Positions 1 to 9,588 of a stretch of 64,000 nucleotides of DNA are shown piece after piece. Source of the DNA: Rhodothermales bacterium (GTDB lineage: Bacteria > Bacteroidota > Rhodothermia > Rhodothermales > VXPQ01); the NCBI GenBank assembly GCA_022821845.1, contig JAJECT010000024.1, forward strand, positions 2,393 to 66,392, in the 5' to 3' direction. Position 1 is the first letter of the stretch. Each line of letters begins with the position of its first letter. The position numbers were made by a program, and so were the translations under genes. The notes below the pieces were generated by a model. The model was not told the origin of the DNA. It was given only the letters and a program-made list of their open reading frames with translations, and searched no databases.

Positions 1-1
1 C

Positions 2-136
2 CAGGAAGAAATCGCCGCGCAATGGCAGGCAGATCAGCGATTCGAACCCGCCATGGACCGAAATATCGCCGAAAACATGCTCCGGCAATGGCGCCGCGCG
101 CTCGAACGCGCCAAAGACTGGGAAACCCCCTCCTGA
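2..136 (+). CDS. glpK: glycerol kinase, C-terminal fragment (gene starts upstream of the window)
   Basis: Open frame from the window edge translates to QEEIAAQWQADQRFEPAMDRNIAENMLRQWRRALERAKDWETPS*. This is the typical GlpK C-terminal pattern, and it lies directly upstream of glpF. Confidence 0.6.
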   Translation, partial: QEEIAAQWQADQRFEPAMDRNIAENMLRQWRRALERAKDWETPS

Positions 137-194
137 GCAACGTACGACCCGCACTCCTTCCACACACTGTCCTCCCACTCCTCCTCCCTGCGCC

Positions 195-917
195 ATGACC
201 CCCTTTTTGGCTGAATTCATCGGAACCGCCCTGCTCATTTTGCTGGGCGACGGCGTCGTAGCAAATGTCTTGCTCAAAGGCACCAAAGGCGAGAACGCCG
301 GCTGGATCGTCGTCACGTTCGGGTGGGGCATGGCCGTGTTCGCGGCCGTATTCTGCGTCGCCTCCTTTTCGGGCGCGCATATCAATCCGGCCGTAACCCT
401 TGGACTGGCCGTCGCAGGCAAATTCGCCTGGGCGCAGGTCCCCGCCTATCTGATCGCGCAATTTCTCGGCGCCGCGCTGGGCGCTTTCCTGACCTATGTG
501 CACTATCGCCCGCATTTCCTCCATACCGAGGACGGAGATCGCAAACTGGGCGTTTTTTGCACCGCCCCGGAGATCCGAAGCGGGGGAGCGAATTTTCTTT
601 CAGAGGTCATCGGCACATTCGTGCTCGTCTTCGGCGTGCTGTACATGGCGACCCCCGACACCGGTCTGGGCGCCCTGGACGCCTTGCCGGTGGGGCTACT
701 GGTGCTGGCCATCGGCCTGTGCCTTGGCGGCACGACGGGATACGCCATCAATCCGGCCCGCGACCTGAGTCCGCGCATCATGCACGCCCTCCTTCCCCTC
801 GGAAAAGGGAAGCGAGACAGCGACTGGGAATACGCATGGGTTCCCGTCGTCGGTCCGTTCGCCGGGGGCGCGCTCGCCGGGCTGGCTTATAGTATATTGG
901 GCGCGGCGGGCGCGTAA
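195..917 (+). CDS. glpF: aquaglyceroporin / glycerol uptake facilitator (MIP family)
   Basis: 240 aa with multiple TM segments and two NPA boxes (HINPAVT, AINPARD). ATG start. Follows glpK. Confidence 0.9.
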   Translation: MTPFLAEFIGTALLILLGDGVVANVLLKGTKGENAGWIVVTFGWGMAVFAAVFCVASFSGAHINPAVTLGLAVAGKFAWAQVPAYLIAQFLGAALGAFLTYVHYRPHFLHTEDGDRKLGVFCTAPEIRSGGANFLSEVIGTFVLVFGVLYMATPDTGLGALDALPVGLLVLAIGLCLGGTTGYAINPARDLSPRIMHALLPLGKGKRDSDWEYAWVPVVGPFAGGALAGLAYSILGAAGA

Positions 918-1015
918 AACCCTTCGCCGTCACAGGCATGCCCGTTGCCCTTGAGGAACCAGAGGGAACGGCAACTTGTACAGTGCCTGCGCCAAACAAT
1001 GATCGAACGGCTCCC

Positions 1016-1102
1016 GGAGGGGTGGCAGAGCGGACGAATGCACCGGTCTTGAAAACCGGCGTACCCTCGCGGGTACCGGGGGTTCGAATCCCTCCCCCTC
1101 CG
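1016..1102 (+). tRNA. tRNA-Ser (anticodon UGA)
   Basis: Hand-folded cloverleaf. Acceptor stem GGAGGGG/CCCCTCC; anticodon stem CCGGT/ACCGG with loop CTTGAAA (anticodon TGA). Long variable arm GTACCCTCGCGGGTAC. T-arm GGGGG-TTCGAAT-CCCTC. Discriminator G; CCA is not encoded. Confidence 0.9.
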
Positions 1103-1278
1103 CGCTCCCTCCCCCGCCGATTTTCGGGAATGCAAATTTTTCTGCGGCGGAAAGCGCAACACCGGGGCTTTATTTTCGTAACGGCACGTTAGGCCCGACA
1201 TTTTGCCTTGCGCTTCCGCCCCGGAGCACAGAGACATTCCTGTACGGAACACCCCGAAATTCAGTCCAGACCGAAATC

Positions 1279-2670
1279 ATGTATATGGCGAACCATGCCG
1301 GTCGTTTCCGCCGGACGCCGCTTTTTGCGCTTCTTCTTGCGGCAGGTATGTTTCTGTTTGCAGCAGGCGGAGCGCCTGTCGCGCAGGCGCAAGAGTCCCG
1401 CGTCATCACCTTCGACGAAGCCCTCAGGATTGCGCTCGACCGGAACATCCAGGTTAAGCAGTCCGGAAACAACATCGAACTGAACGCGCGGGATGTGTTT
1501 CAGCGGCGGATGGATTTTCTGCCCTCTTTCTCGATGTCCACCAGCGGATCGCGGGGATCGGGTTTCGCGCAGGACCAGGCGGGGCGCAATATCCAGTTCA
1601 CGAACCAGAATCTGAGCGGATCGCTTTCGGGGCAAATCAACCTGTTCGACGGATTTGCGAATATAGCGTCGCTCCGGCAATCGCAACACGTCCTGCAAGC
1701 CAGCGAACTCGAGTACGATCAAACCCGGCAAACCGTGGCGTTCGACGTGGCGAACAATTTTCTCCTGTACGTAAATGGGGAGCAACTGGTGGTCATCCAG
1801 CAGGAGAATCTGGAATCCCAGCGTCAACTCCTGGCGCAGATCGAGGAATTCGTCAACGTCGGATCGCGGCCCATCTCGGATCTGTACCAGCAACAGGCGG
1901 AAACGGCGCAAGCCGAATTGAACGTACTTACCTCCGAGCGGGATGCGGAACTCAGCAAGGCCCGGCTTATTCAGGTCCTGCAACTGGACCCGAGGGACGA
2001 GTACGAATTCGTTGCCCCGCGGTACGAAGACATACCTGTCGTTCCGCAGGATTACGACCTGCAGGAACTCTTCGATATCGCGTTCGCATCGCGCGACGAC
2101 CTCGCGGCGCAGGAAGCGCGCATCCGCGCCGCGCAGCAGGGCATACGCATGGCAAAGTCGGCGTACTGGCCGAGCGTGGGCCTTGGCGGCAGTTTCCGTT
2201 CAAATTACACGCCGAACGACCCCATGAACAGGTCTTTCGCAGATCAGCTCGAAGGCAACCGGGGCAACTCGCTCGGTTTCACCATCAGCTACCCCATTTT
2301 CAACAATTTTTCCCGGAGAACACAGGTTCAGCAAGCCGAAGTGCAATACCGGAACGCCATGCTGGAAATGGAAAGCCTGAGGCAAAACGCAGCCTTGCAG
2401 GTGCGGCAGGGGTACCTCGAGTACGAAGCGGCGCGGAAGAGCCTCGAAGTATCCGAAACGCAGGTGCTTGCCGCCGAACGCGCGCTTGAAGCCTCGCAGA
2501 ACCGGTACAACGTAGGAGCCAGTACGCTTGTAGAACTCTCGCAGGCGCAAGCCCAGTATGTCGCCGCCGTAAGCAACCGGGTGCAAGCCCAGTACAATTT
2601 CCTGTTCCAGAGCAAACTGGTCGACTTTTTTGTGGGCCGTCTGGACCTTTCGACGCCGCTGTTCGACTGA
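1279..2670 (+). CDS. TolC-family outer membrane efflux protein
   Basis: 463 aa with a signal peptide ending AQAQE. Two-repeat coiled-coil/beta-barrel pattern typical of OEP/TolC proteins. First gene of the efflux set. Confidence 0.85.
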   Translation: MYMANHAGRFRRTPLFALLLAAGMFLFAAGGAPVAQAQESRVITFDEALRIALDRNIQVKQSGNNIELNARDVFQRRMDFLPSFSMSTSGSRGSGFAQDQAGRNIQFTNQNLSGSLSGQINLFDGFANIASLRQSQHVLQASELEYDQTRQTVAFDVANNFLLYVNGEQLVVIQQENLESQRQLLAQIEEFVNVGSRPISDLYQQQAETAQAELNVLTSERDAELSKARLIQVLQLDPRDEYEFVAPRYEDIPVVPQDYDLQELFDIAFASRDDLAAQEARIRAAQQGIRMAKSAYWPSVGLGGSFRSNYTPNDPMNRSFADQLEGNRGNSLGFTISYPIFNNFSRRTQVQQAEVQYRNAMLEMESLRQNAALQVRQGYLEYEAARKSLEVSETQVLAAERALEASQNRYNVGASTLVELSQAQAQYVAAVSNRVQAQYNFLFQSKLVDFFVGRLDLSTPLFD

Positions 2671-2728
2671 CTTCGCAACAAGGCGACGGGAACAAGAACT
2701 TTTTCAAAACCTTCCGCTATTCAGGAAC

Positions 2729-4138
2729 ATGTCGAAAAAATCCAGCGCTACGAAACGCCTGCTGTGGATATTGGGCGGATTGATCCTCTTTCTTGCGGCC
2801 GTCGCTGTCACAGGGCGCGTCACGGGAATATTCGGGGACGGAAATAACGCCACGCAGGTGGAAACGGCCCAAGCCGAAGCCCGCAACATTACGCAGATCG
2901 TGACGGCTTCGGGGAGAGTGCAGCCCGAAACAGAAGTCGCGATCAGCCCGGACGTGTCCGGCGAGATCATCCAGCTGCCCATCAAGGAAGGCGACACTGT
3001 GCAACGCGGCATGCTCCTGGCCCGGATCAAGCCCGACTTCTACGCTACGCAGGTAGAACAGGCGCGCGCAGGCGTGTTGCAAGCGAAGGCCTCCATGGCG
3101 CAACGCGAAGCCGATTTGCTGGAAGCCGAATCGGAACGTACGCGCCAGCGGGATTTGTTCGAACGCGAGGCCATTGCGCGAAGCGTGCTGGAACAGGCGG
3201 AAACGCGCTACGAAGTAGCGAGGGCCGGCCTGGAGGGCGCGGAATATGCGGTGGAAAGCGCCGAGGCGCGCCTGCGCGAAGCCGAAGAGCAGGTGCGTAA
3301 GACTGCCATCTACAGTCCCATGTCGGGCACCATCAGCGTACTGCACGTGGAACTGGGCGAACGCGTGGTTGGAACCAGCCAGATGGCCGGCACGGAAATG
3401 ATGCGCGTGGCCCGCCTCGACCATATGGAGGTGGAAATCGAGGTGAACGAGAACGAGATCGTCAATGTGGCGCTGGGCGACACCGCGTCCATCGAAGTCG
3501 ATGCGTATCCCGAACGCAATTTCCGGGGCGTGGTGACCGAGATCGCCAACTCCGCCCGCACGACCGCCGCCGGAACGCAGGAGCAGGTCACCGAATTCCC
3601 CGTCAAGGTGCGCATTCTGGACGCCCACAACATCCAGGAAGGCTATTCGGAGCAGCGGGGCACGATCACCCAGGCCGAAGTGTCCGCCCCCCTTGACGAC
3701 GCGCCGCTTTTCCGGCCCGGCATGAGCGCAACCGTGGACGTCTATACGGAAACCGTCACGGATGCGGTAGCCATTCCGATTCAGGCCGTTACGGTGCGCG
3801 ACGTATCCCGCATGCGCGACGAGGACGAAAAGGATGCAGCCCCTGCGGAAACGGAGGAGAACGCCGCGGACGCAATGGCTTCGGATTCGTCCGGGGCCGC
3901 CCCGGCGCAGGAGGCGCTAAGCAAGGTGGTGTTCCTCGCGGCGGACGGCAAGGTCCGCGTCGTTAAGGTGGAAACGGGGATATCCGACGACACGCACATC
4001 GAGGTCAAGGCGGGGCTTGCCGTCGGCGATCAGGTTGTTACAGGACCGTACAGCGCCGTCAGCCGCTCGCTGAACCACAACGCCTCGATACGCGTCGAGG
4101 AAAACAATGCGCCCGACGTATCCCAGGCCGGTTCGTAA
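2729..4138 (+). CDS. efflux RND-type periplasmic adaptor (HlyD/MacA family)
   Basis: Start refined to the internal ATG (MSKKSSATKRLLWILGG, TM anchor). The track ORF 2630.. overlaps the tolC end. Lipoyl/barrel-sandwich motifs are present (VSGEIIQLPIKEGDTVQRGMLLARI) with a long coiled-coil insert. Confidence 0.85.
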   Translation: MSKKSSATKRLLWILGGLILFLAAVAVTGRVTGIFGDGNNATQVETAQAEARNITQIVTASGRVQPETEVAISPDVSGEIIQLPIKEGDTVQRGMLLARIKPDFYATQVEQARAGVLQAKASMAQREADLLEAESERTRQRDLFEREAIARSVLEQAETRYEVARAGLEGAEYAVESAEARLREAEEQVRKTAIYSPMSGTISVLHVELGERVVGTSQMAGTEMMRVARLDHMEVEIEVNENEIVNVALGDTASIEVDAYPERNFRGVVTEIANSARTTAAGTQEQVTEFPVKVRILDAHNIQEGYSEQRGTITQAEVSAPLDDAPLFRPGMSATVDVYTETVTDAVAIPIQAVTVRDVSRMRDEDEKDAAPAETEENAADAMASDSSGAAPAQEALSKVVFLAADGKVRVVKVETGISDDTHIEVKAGLAVGDQVVTGPYSAVSRSLNHNASIRVEENNAPDVSQAGS

Positions 4139-4192
4139 CCCCGCCCGCTCGGCCCTCCGCAGGTCCTATCACGCACAGCGACAATCCCTCCC

Positions 4193-4915
4193 ATGGAAGA
4201 ACGACAAGCGCTTATAGCATTGCGCGACATCGCCCGGGTTTATTACATGGGCGAACATGAAGTGCATGCCCTCGCCGGGGTATCGGTGGACGTATTCGAG
4301 AACGAATACGTAGCGATTATGGGGGCTTCCGGTTCCGGAAAATCCACGTTGATGAATATCGTGGGCTGCCTGGATTCGCCGACAGGAGGCGCCTACTACC
4401 TCAATGGACAGCGCGTCAGCGAAATGACCGACAACGAACTGGCCAACGTACGCAATCGCGAAATAGGGTTCGTCTTCCAGACATTCAACCTCCTGGCCCG
4501 GGCCGATTGCCTGCACAACGTGGAATTGCCGCTGGTGTACAGCGGAATCCGGCGGAGAGAACGCCGCGAGATGGCGGAAGACGCCCTGGAGCGCGTAGGC
4601 CTGGCCGACAGGATATCGCACAAACCAAACGAATTGTCCGGGGGGCAGCGGCAGCGCGTCGCCGTGGCCCGGGCGCTGGTCAACAAGCCCTCGATTATTC
4701 TGGCCGACGAGCCCACGGGCAACCTGGACACGAAAACAGGCAAGGAAATCATGCACCTGTTCGAACAACTCTATCGACAGGGGAACACCTTGCTAGTCGT
4801 TACGCACGAAAACGAGGTGGCGCAACATGCGCGCCGGATCATTCGCCTGGTAGACGGCAACATAGACAGCGACGTGTCTGTGGAAAATCCCGTGCTGGCT
4901 TCCGTCGCCGCCTGA
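4193..4915 (+). CDS. ABC transporter ATP-binding protein (MacB/LolD type)
   Basis: Walker [10 protein letters not shown], signature [15 protein letters not shown], Walker [13 protein letters not shown]-loop VVTHE. Confidence 0.9.
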   Translation: MEERQALIALRDIARVYYMGEHEVHALAGVSVDVFENEYVAIMGASGSGKSTLMNIVGCLDSPTGGAYYLNGQRVSEMTDNELANVRNREIGFVFQTFNLLARADCLHNVELPLVYSGIRRRERREMAEDALERVGLADRISHKPNELSGGQRQRVAVARALVNKPSIILADEPTGNLDTKTGKEIMHLFEQLYRQGNTLLVVTHENEVAQHARRIIRLVDGNIDSDVSVENPVLASVAA

Positions 4916-4949
4916 CGTTCGGGTCGGAAACTGCCTCGGTGGGAATACG

Positions 4950-5477
4950 CTACGAACTGCCGCGGCGGCGAGGTCCGAACGTACAGCGATATTCTTCTTC
5001 CAGCCGCTTGAAGCGGATCGGCAAATCCGTCGCAGGGGTAAGCACGGCCTGAAACGGCACGGTCTCGGCAGCCGCCGTCAGGCAATCGTCCGAAGGAATT
5101 TCCACAAGGTATTCGGCGACAAGGACCGTATCCATCCGGTCAAGGGACAGAAACGAGACGGCGTAGCCGCTGGTGGTTTGCGGCAGCGCGGCAAGCAGGA
5201 CAACAGCCTGGGAAAAATCCACAGGCAGGAAAGGCGCCACCGGACGCAGCGAATCTTGCCAGGCCGCCCAGGTTTCGGGGTCCCGAATAACGATTTCCAG
5301 CGTGTCCCTCAGCGTACCGTACTGCCCGTACCCGATGGCCGAAAAAAGGACGGGCTCCGGGAGCGGCTCTTCGACCGCCTCCGGCGCGGCGTTGCAGCCG
5401 CCGAACAAAAGACTCGCCGTCAGCAACAACGGAATGGCAGCGATACGGGCGCGGCGCGCGGCGCAGGACAGCGTCAT
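4950..5477 (-). CDS. lipoprotein, possibly PrcB-C-domain-like
   Basis: Lipobox LLFGGC. Start overlaps the stop of the upstream permease by 1 nt (TAATG). Pattern VDFSQAVVLLAALPQTTSGYAVSF resembles the PrcB C-terminal domain, but this is recognised from memory only. Confidence 0.5.
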   Translation of the reverse strand: MTLSCAARRARIAAIPLLLTASLLFGGCNAAPEAVEEPLPEPVLFSAIGYGQYGTLRDTLEIVIRDPETWAAWQDSLRPVAPFLPVDFSQAVVLLAALPQTTSGYAVSFLSLDRMDTVLVAEYLVEIPSDDCLTAAAETVPFQAVLTPATDLPIRFKRLEEEYRCTFGPRRRGSS

Positions 5478-6700
5478 TATTCGTAGCGAAGGGAGTCGAT
5501 GGGATTCAGGCGGGCCGCCTTGAGCGCCGGATAGCCGCCGAAAACCAGCGCCACCGTCGTCACAATGACTATGGTGACGCCCGCCCAGACCCAGGGGATG
5601 GTGCCGGAGATGTTAAAATACAGCGCCGTGCCGTTCCCGGCCAGCGCGCCCAAAAGAAAGCCTGCGCCGCCCCCGATCTGGCACAGAAAGATGGCTTCCA
5701 GAATGAATTGCCGCATAATATCCCGGCGGCGGGCGCCCAGCGCCTTGCGAATGCCGATCTCGCGGGTGCGTTCCGTAACCGAAACAAGCATAATGTTCAT
5801 GATCCCGATGCCCGCCGCAAGAAGAGAAATAAACCCGATGGCGGCGCCGGCCTGGGTAAGCACGGCGGTAAACTGATCGAAAATGGCGCGCATGGAATCA
5901 TTCGTTTCCACGACGAAATCGTTCTCCTCGCCAGGAGGAACCTTGCGAATGGCCCGCAACCGCCCGATCACCTCTTCCATCCCGGCGGCGACGAACTGCG
6001 GGCCCGGCGTACGTACGCTGGTCGAAGCAATGTTTCGCCGGGCGCCGCCATACCGGAGAAAAAGCGTACCCATGGGGACAAACACCCGGTTGTCCATATT
6101 GAAACCCAGGAAATTCCCCTTGGCCTCCAGTACGCCGATCACCTGATAGCGCGCGCCGCCGAACTCCGCCACCTTGCCAATGGGGTTTTCGGTGGCGAAC
6201 AATTCTTCGGACACCGCCGAGCCCAGAATCACCACCTTTCTTGCGTACTGTATGTCTTCGGGCGTAAAGGAGCGTCCGAATTCGATCTCGTAGCTGAAAT
6301 TACCCGTAAAATTCTCGTCGGTGCCCAGAATCGCTACGTTGGGATCTGTTTCCCGGGCGGCGTACCGAATGGAGGTCACGTCGAAATCCTCTATGGCGCT
6401 GACCTGGTACCGATCATCCAGCACCCGCTTCAGGCGATCAACCTGATCCATCGTAATACGCTGGCGATACTTGAACTCGCGCTCCCCGACCTGAAAATTT
6501 TCGTAGCGGGAAATGGTGAAGGTGGAGGTGCCAAGGAAAGACATCTTTTCCTCGAAATACACGTCGATCACCTTCACGGCCGTAATCGACACGATAATGG
6601 CGAATACGCCGATGACCATGCCGAGCAAGGTCAGCATGGTGCGCATCTTGTTGGCGCGCAATGAATTCCAGGCAGAGGCTATAATGTCCCGCAGTTCCAT
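5477..6700 (-). CDS. ABC transporter permease (MacB_PCD + FtsX domains)
   Basis: 407 aa. N-terminal TM helix, large periplasmic domain and a C-terminal FtsX 3-TM bundle (TERTREIGIRKALGARRRDI). Confidence 0.85.
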   Translation of the reverse strand: MELRDIIASAWNSLRANKMRTMLTLLGMVIGVFAIIVSITAVKVIDVYFEEKMSFLGTSTFTISRYENFQVGEREFKYRQRITMDQVDRLKRVLDDRYQVSAIEDFDVTSIRYAARETDPNVAILGTDENFTGNFSYEIEFGRSFTPEDIQYARKVVILGSAVSEELFATENPIGKVAEFGGARYQVIGVLEAKGNFLGFNMDNRVFVPMGTLFLRYGGARRNIASTSVRTPGPQFVAAGMEEVIGRLRAIRKVPPGEENDFVVETNDSMRAIFDQFTAVLTQAGAAIGFISLLAAGIGIMNIMLVSVTERTREIGIRKALGARRRDIMRQFILEAIFLCQIGGGAGFLLGALAGNGTALYFNISGTIPWVWAGVTIVIVTTVALVFGGYPALKAARLNPIDSLRYE

Positions 6701-6721
6701 GAACGGACGTACAGCGTTGGG

Positions 6722-7978
6722 TTATTCGTAGCGAAGCGATTCGATGGGGTCCGATTTGGCGCCTGCCCAGGCCGGCGCCAGGCCGAAAACGAGCCCTACG
6801 AAGGTGCAGATTGCAAAAGCAAGGAAAATCGTTCCGATGGGCAGCAAGGTCGGCAGCGACAACGCCATACTGAGCAGCTGGGCGCAAATGGTGGCGAATC
6901 CGACGCCGATCAGGCCGCCTGCAAGGCATATCGCCACGGCCTCGATCAGAAACTGGATGAGAATCGTACGCTGCTTCGCGCCGACGGCCTTGCGGATTCC
7001 GATTTCCCGCGTACGCTCCTTCACCGAAACGAACATGATGTTCATCACGCCGATGCCGCCCACCAGAAGCGCCAGCGCCGTCAGGAAGATGCCGACGCCG
7101 TAGATCATACGTTTGACCGGCGCCAACTCGGCGCGCAGTTCTTCCAGGTCGTTGATCTCGAAATTGTCGTCCTCGCCGGCGGGGACCGCGCGCGCGACGC
7201 GCACGATGCCCGTCAATTCATCCTTGGCCGCATCCGGATCGACGCCCGGCGCAATCCTGGCCTGCACGGAAACGCCCCGGTAGCGCAAGCCGAAAATATT
7301 GGCGAACGTTTCCAGCGGAATGCGCGCGCGCTGATCTATGGAACCCGGCCCCTCGGCGCCCTGCCCCTTTTTCTCCATCACGCCAATCACCTGAAACCGG
7401 TGTCCGGCGATGCGAACGGATTTGCCGAGCGGATTTTCGGCGGGAAACAGGGTCTCCGCCACATTGGCGCCAATGACGGCGACGCGGCGGGCCGTCCGGT
7501 TATCCAGTTCCGAATAGAACCGGCCCGAGGCCAGTTCCACCACATGCACGCGTTCGTATGCGCTGGTGGACGCTTCGATCATGACCGGGGCTATGGAATA
7601 CGACCCGTGCGTGACCGGCCTGGACGTGGAGACAACCGGCGCGGCGGCCGCCACGAGCCGGGCGCGATCCGAAATGGTTTCCGCAAGCTCCGGCTTGATC
7701 TCCGGACGGTTGATGTATTCCCACCATTTGGTGTTGGGACCGCCGGTCCAGGGCCATTTTTCGACGTACGCGACGTCCGTGCCCAGCTCGGAAAGCGTAT
7801 TCTCGAAAAATTGCTCGATGCCGTTGATCACAGTGACCATGGCGGTAACCGAAGTAATGCCGATCACGATGCCGACCATCGTCAGGGCGGACCGCATTTT
7901 ATGCGCAGCGATCGCGCGCAACCCGGTCCGGATTGCCTCAAGCAATTCGTACAGTAGAAAATTCAGTTTCTTGACCAC
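6722..7978 (-). CDS. ABC transporter permease (MacB_PCD + FtsX domains), paralog of 5477..6700
   Basis: The track ORF (574 aa, TTG start at 8446) has an implausible low-complexity N-terminus. The homologous region starts near VVKKLNFLLYELLEAIRTGLRAIAAHKMRS, so I call the GTG at 7978. FtsX motif KERTREIGIRKAVGAKQRTI. Confidence 0.8.
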   Translation of the reverse strand: MVKKLNFLLYELLEAIRTGLRAIAAHKMRSALTMVGIVIGITSVTAMVTVINGIEQFFENTLSELGTDVAYVEKWPWTGGPNTKWWEYINRPEIKPELAETISDRARLVAAAAPVVSTSRPVTHGSYSIAPVMIEASTSAYERVHVVELASGRFYSELDNRTARRVAVIGANVAETLFPAENPLGKSVRIAGHRFQVIGVMEKKGQGAEGPGSIDQRARIPLETFANIFGLRYRGVSVQARIAPGVDPDAAKDELTGIVRVARAVPAGEDDNFEINDLEELRAELAPVKRMIYGVGIFLTALALLVGGIGVMNIMFVSVKERTREIGIRKAVGAKQRTILIQFLIEAVAICLAGGLIGVGFATICAQLLSMALSLPTLLPIGTIFLAFAICTFVGLVFGLAPAWAGAKSDPIESLRYE

Positions 7979-8201
7979 GGGGACGGCGCAGGAGCAAGCA
8001 TGGAAAGACGACGAACGAAAAATGCGCGAAAAGCGCCCACATCGTATACGTACGAGGGGGCGAAAAGATACGTTGCCCGCCTTGTTGCGCATCCGGGCGA
8101 AAAAATCCTTTACGGCGGGAACGGTTGTACTGTTTTGCCTTATATAATTCTGGCTCTCCCATTTCTGTAAAATATCATCGGCGCCGCGCAGGCATAATGC
8201 A

Positions 8202-9518
8202 ATGAACCGACGGAAATTCCTCAAAGCGACCGCGCTGGGAAGCGCAAGCCTTGGCTTCGCCCCGGCGACGATACGCGCATTCGCGTCCAGCCCGCCCAGC
8301 GATACGATCCGGGCCGCCGTAATGGGCGTAAACAGCCGGGGCGGCGGTTTGGCCGAGTCGTTTCTCAAGCAACATAACGTAAGCGTACGATACATTTGCG
8401 ACGTCGATTCCCGGGCAGTCCGGCAAGTGTCGCGGAACGTAGGCAAAATGCAGGACGAAAAGGTAGAGGGCCTGGTCGATTTCCGCCGCGCCCTGGAAGA
8501 CCCGGACGTCGATGCGCTCGTCGTCGCCGCCCCGGATCACTGGCATGCGCCCGCCACGATCCTTGCTCTGGAGGCAGGCAAACATGTATATGTCGAAAAA
8601 CCCTGCGGGCACAATCCGCGCGAAGGAGAATTGCTTGTGGCCGCGCAAGCGCGGTACGGCGGCGTCGTGCAGATGGGTACGCAGCAACGCTCCGGCCCCG
8701 CAACCATCGAAGCGATCCAACGCATCCACGAGGGCGCGATAGGGCGGGCGTACTTTGCGCGCACCTGGTACGCCAATACGCGGAAGTCCATCGGGCGGGG
8801 CAAGACAGCGGATATTCCCCGGTGGCTGGATTACGAATTATGGCAAGGCCCGGCGCCGCGGACGCCGTACCGCAACAATGTGGTGCATTATAACTGGCAC
8901 TGGTTCTGGCGATGGGGCACTGGCGAGGTGTGCAACAACGGTACGCACGAAATCGATGTGGCCCGGTGGGCGCTGGGCGTGGATTTTCCCACCCGCGTCA
9001 ATTCGAGCGGCGGACGGTATCACTACGACGACGACTGGGAGTTTTACGATACGCAGGACGTGTCCTACGATTTCGAGGAGGGCAAAACGATCACCTGGGA
9101 AGGCAGAAGTTGCAACGGCTTTCCTGTGCACGACCGGGGACGCGGCGCGCTGGTGCACGGCACCGACGGAACGATATTGATTGACAGGAACGGGTACGTA
9201 ATGTACGACCAGGAAAACGCCGTCGTGAAGGAGGTGAAGGAAAAGAATCTGGAGGCCACCATGGACACGACCGGCGGCGGAGGCCAGACAGACCGCCACA
9301 TGGCCAATTTCCTCGATGCGATTCGGGACGGACGTCCGCTGCATTCCCCCATTGACGAGGGGCACAAAAGCGTACTCTTGTGCCACCTTGCGAACATCGC
9401 GCAGGACATCGGGCAAGCGCTGCATTGCAATCCGGAAAACGGACGCATCGACGGCAATCCCGAAGCCATGCAACGCTGGTCGCGGGAATACGAACCCGGC
9501 TGGGAACCCTCGGTTTAA
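8202..9518 (+). CDS. Gfo/Idh/MocA family oxidoreductase with TAT signal
   Basis: N-terminal twin-arginine signal MNRRKFLKATALG. Rossmann N-domain (IRAAVMGVNSRG) and the typical C-terminal dimerisation domain. Confidence 0.85.
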   Translation: MNRRKFLKATALGSASLGFAPATIRAFASSPPSDTIRAAVMGVNSRGGGLAESFLKQHNVSVRYICDVDSRAVRQVSRNVGKMQDEKVEGLVDFRRALEDPDVDALVVAAPDHWHAPATILALEAGKHVYVEKPCGHNPREGELLVAAQARYGGVVQMGTQQRSGPATIEAIQRIHEGAIGRAYFARTWYANTRKSIGRGKTADIPRWLDYELWQGPAPRTPYRNNVVHYNWHWFWRWGTGEVCNNGTHEIDVARWALGVDFPTRVNSSGGRYHYDDDWEFYDTQDVSYDFEEGKTITWEGRSCNGFPVHDRGRGALVHGTDGTILIDRNGYVMYDQENAVVKEVKEKNLEATMDTTGGGGQTDRHMANFLDAIRDGRPLHSPIDEGHKSVLLCHLANIAQDIGQALHCNPENGRIDGNPEAMQRWSREYEPGWEPSV

Positions 9519-9588
9519 GCGCGGCGGGAACCCTTTGTTTGAGCGCGGAACGCGGAAAAGCGCAGCGGCTTCTGGCCCGGAACGCGCC

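Noticed and set aside
917-1015. Imperfect hairpin CCGTTGCCCT…AGGGAACGG after glpF as a terminator
   Set aside because: The stem has a bulge and no U-tract follows. It is too weak to annotate.
7979-8446. N-terminal 156-aa extension of the second permease (track ORF starts at the TTG at 8446)
   Set aside because: The extension overlaps the start of the divergent oxidoreductase gene and has no TM or signal character. The permease family N-terminus aligns with a GTG at 7978.
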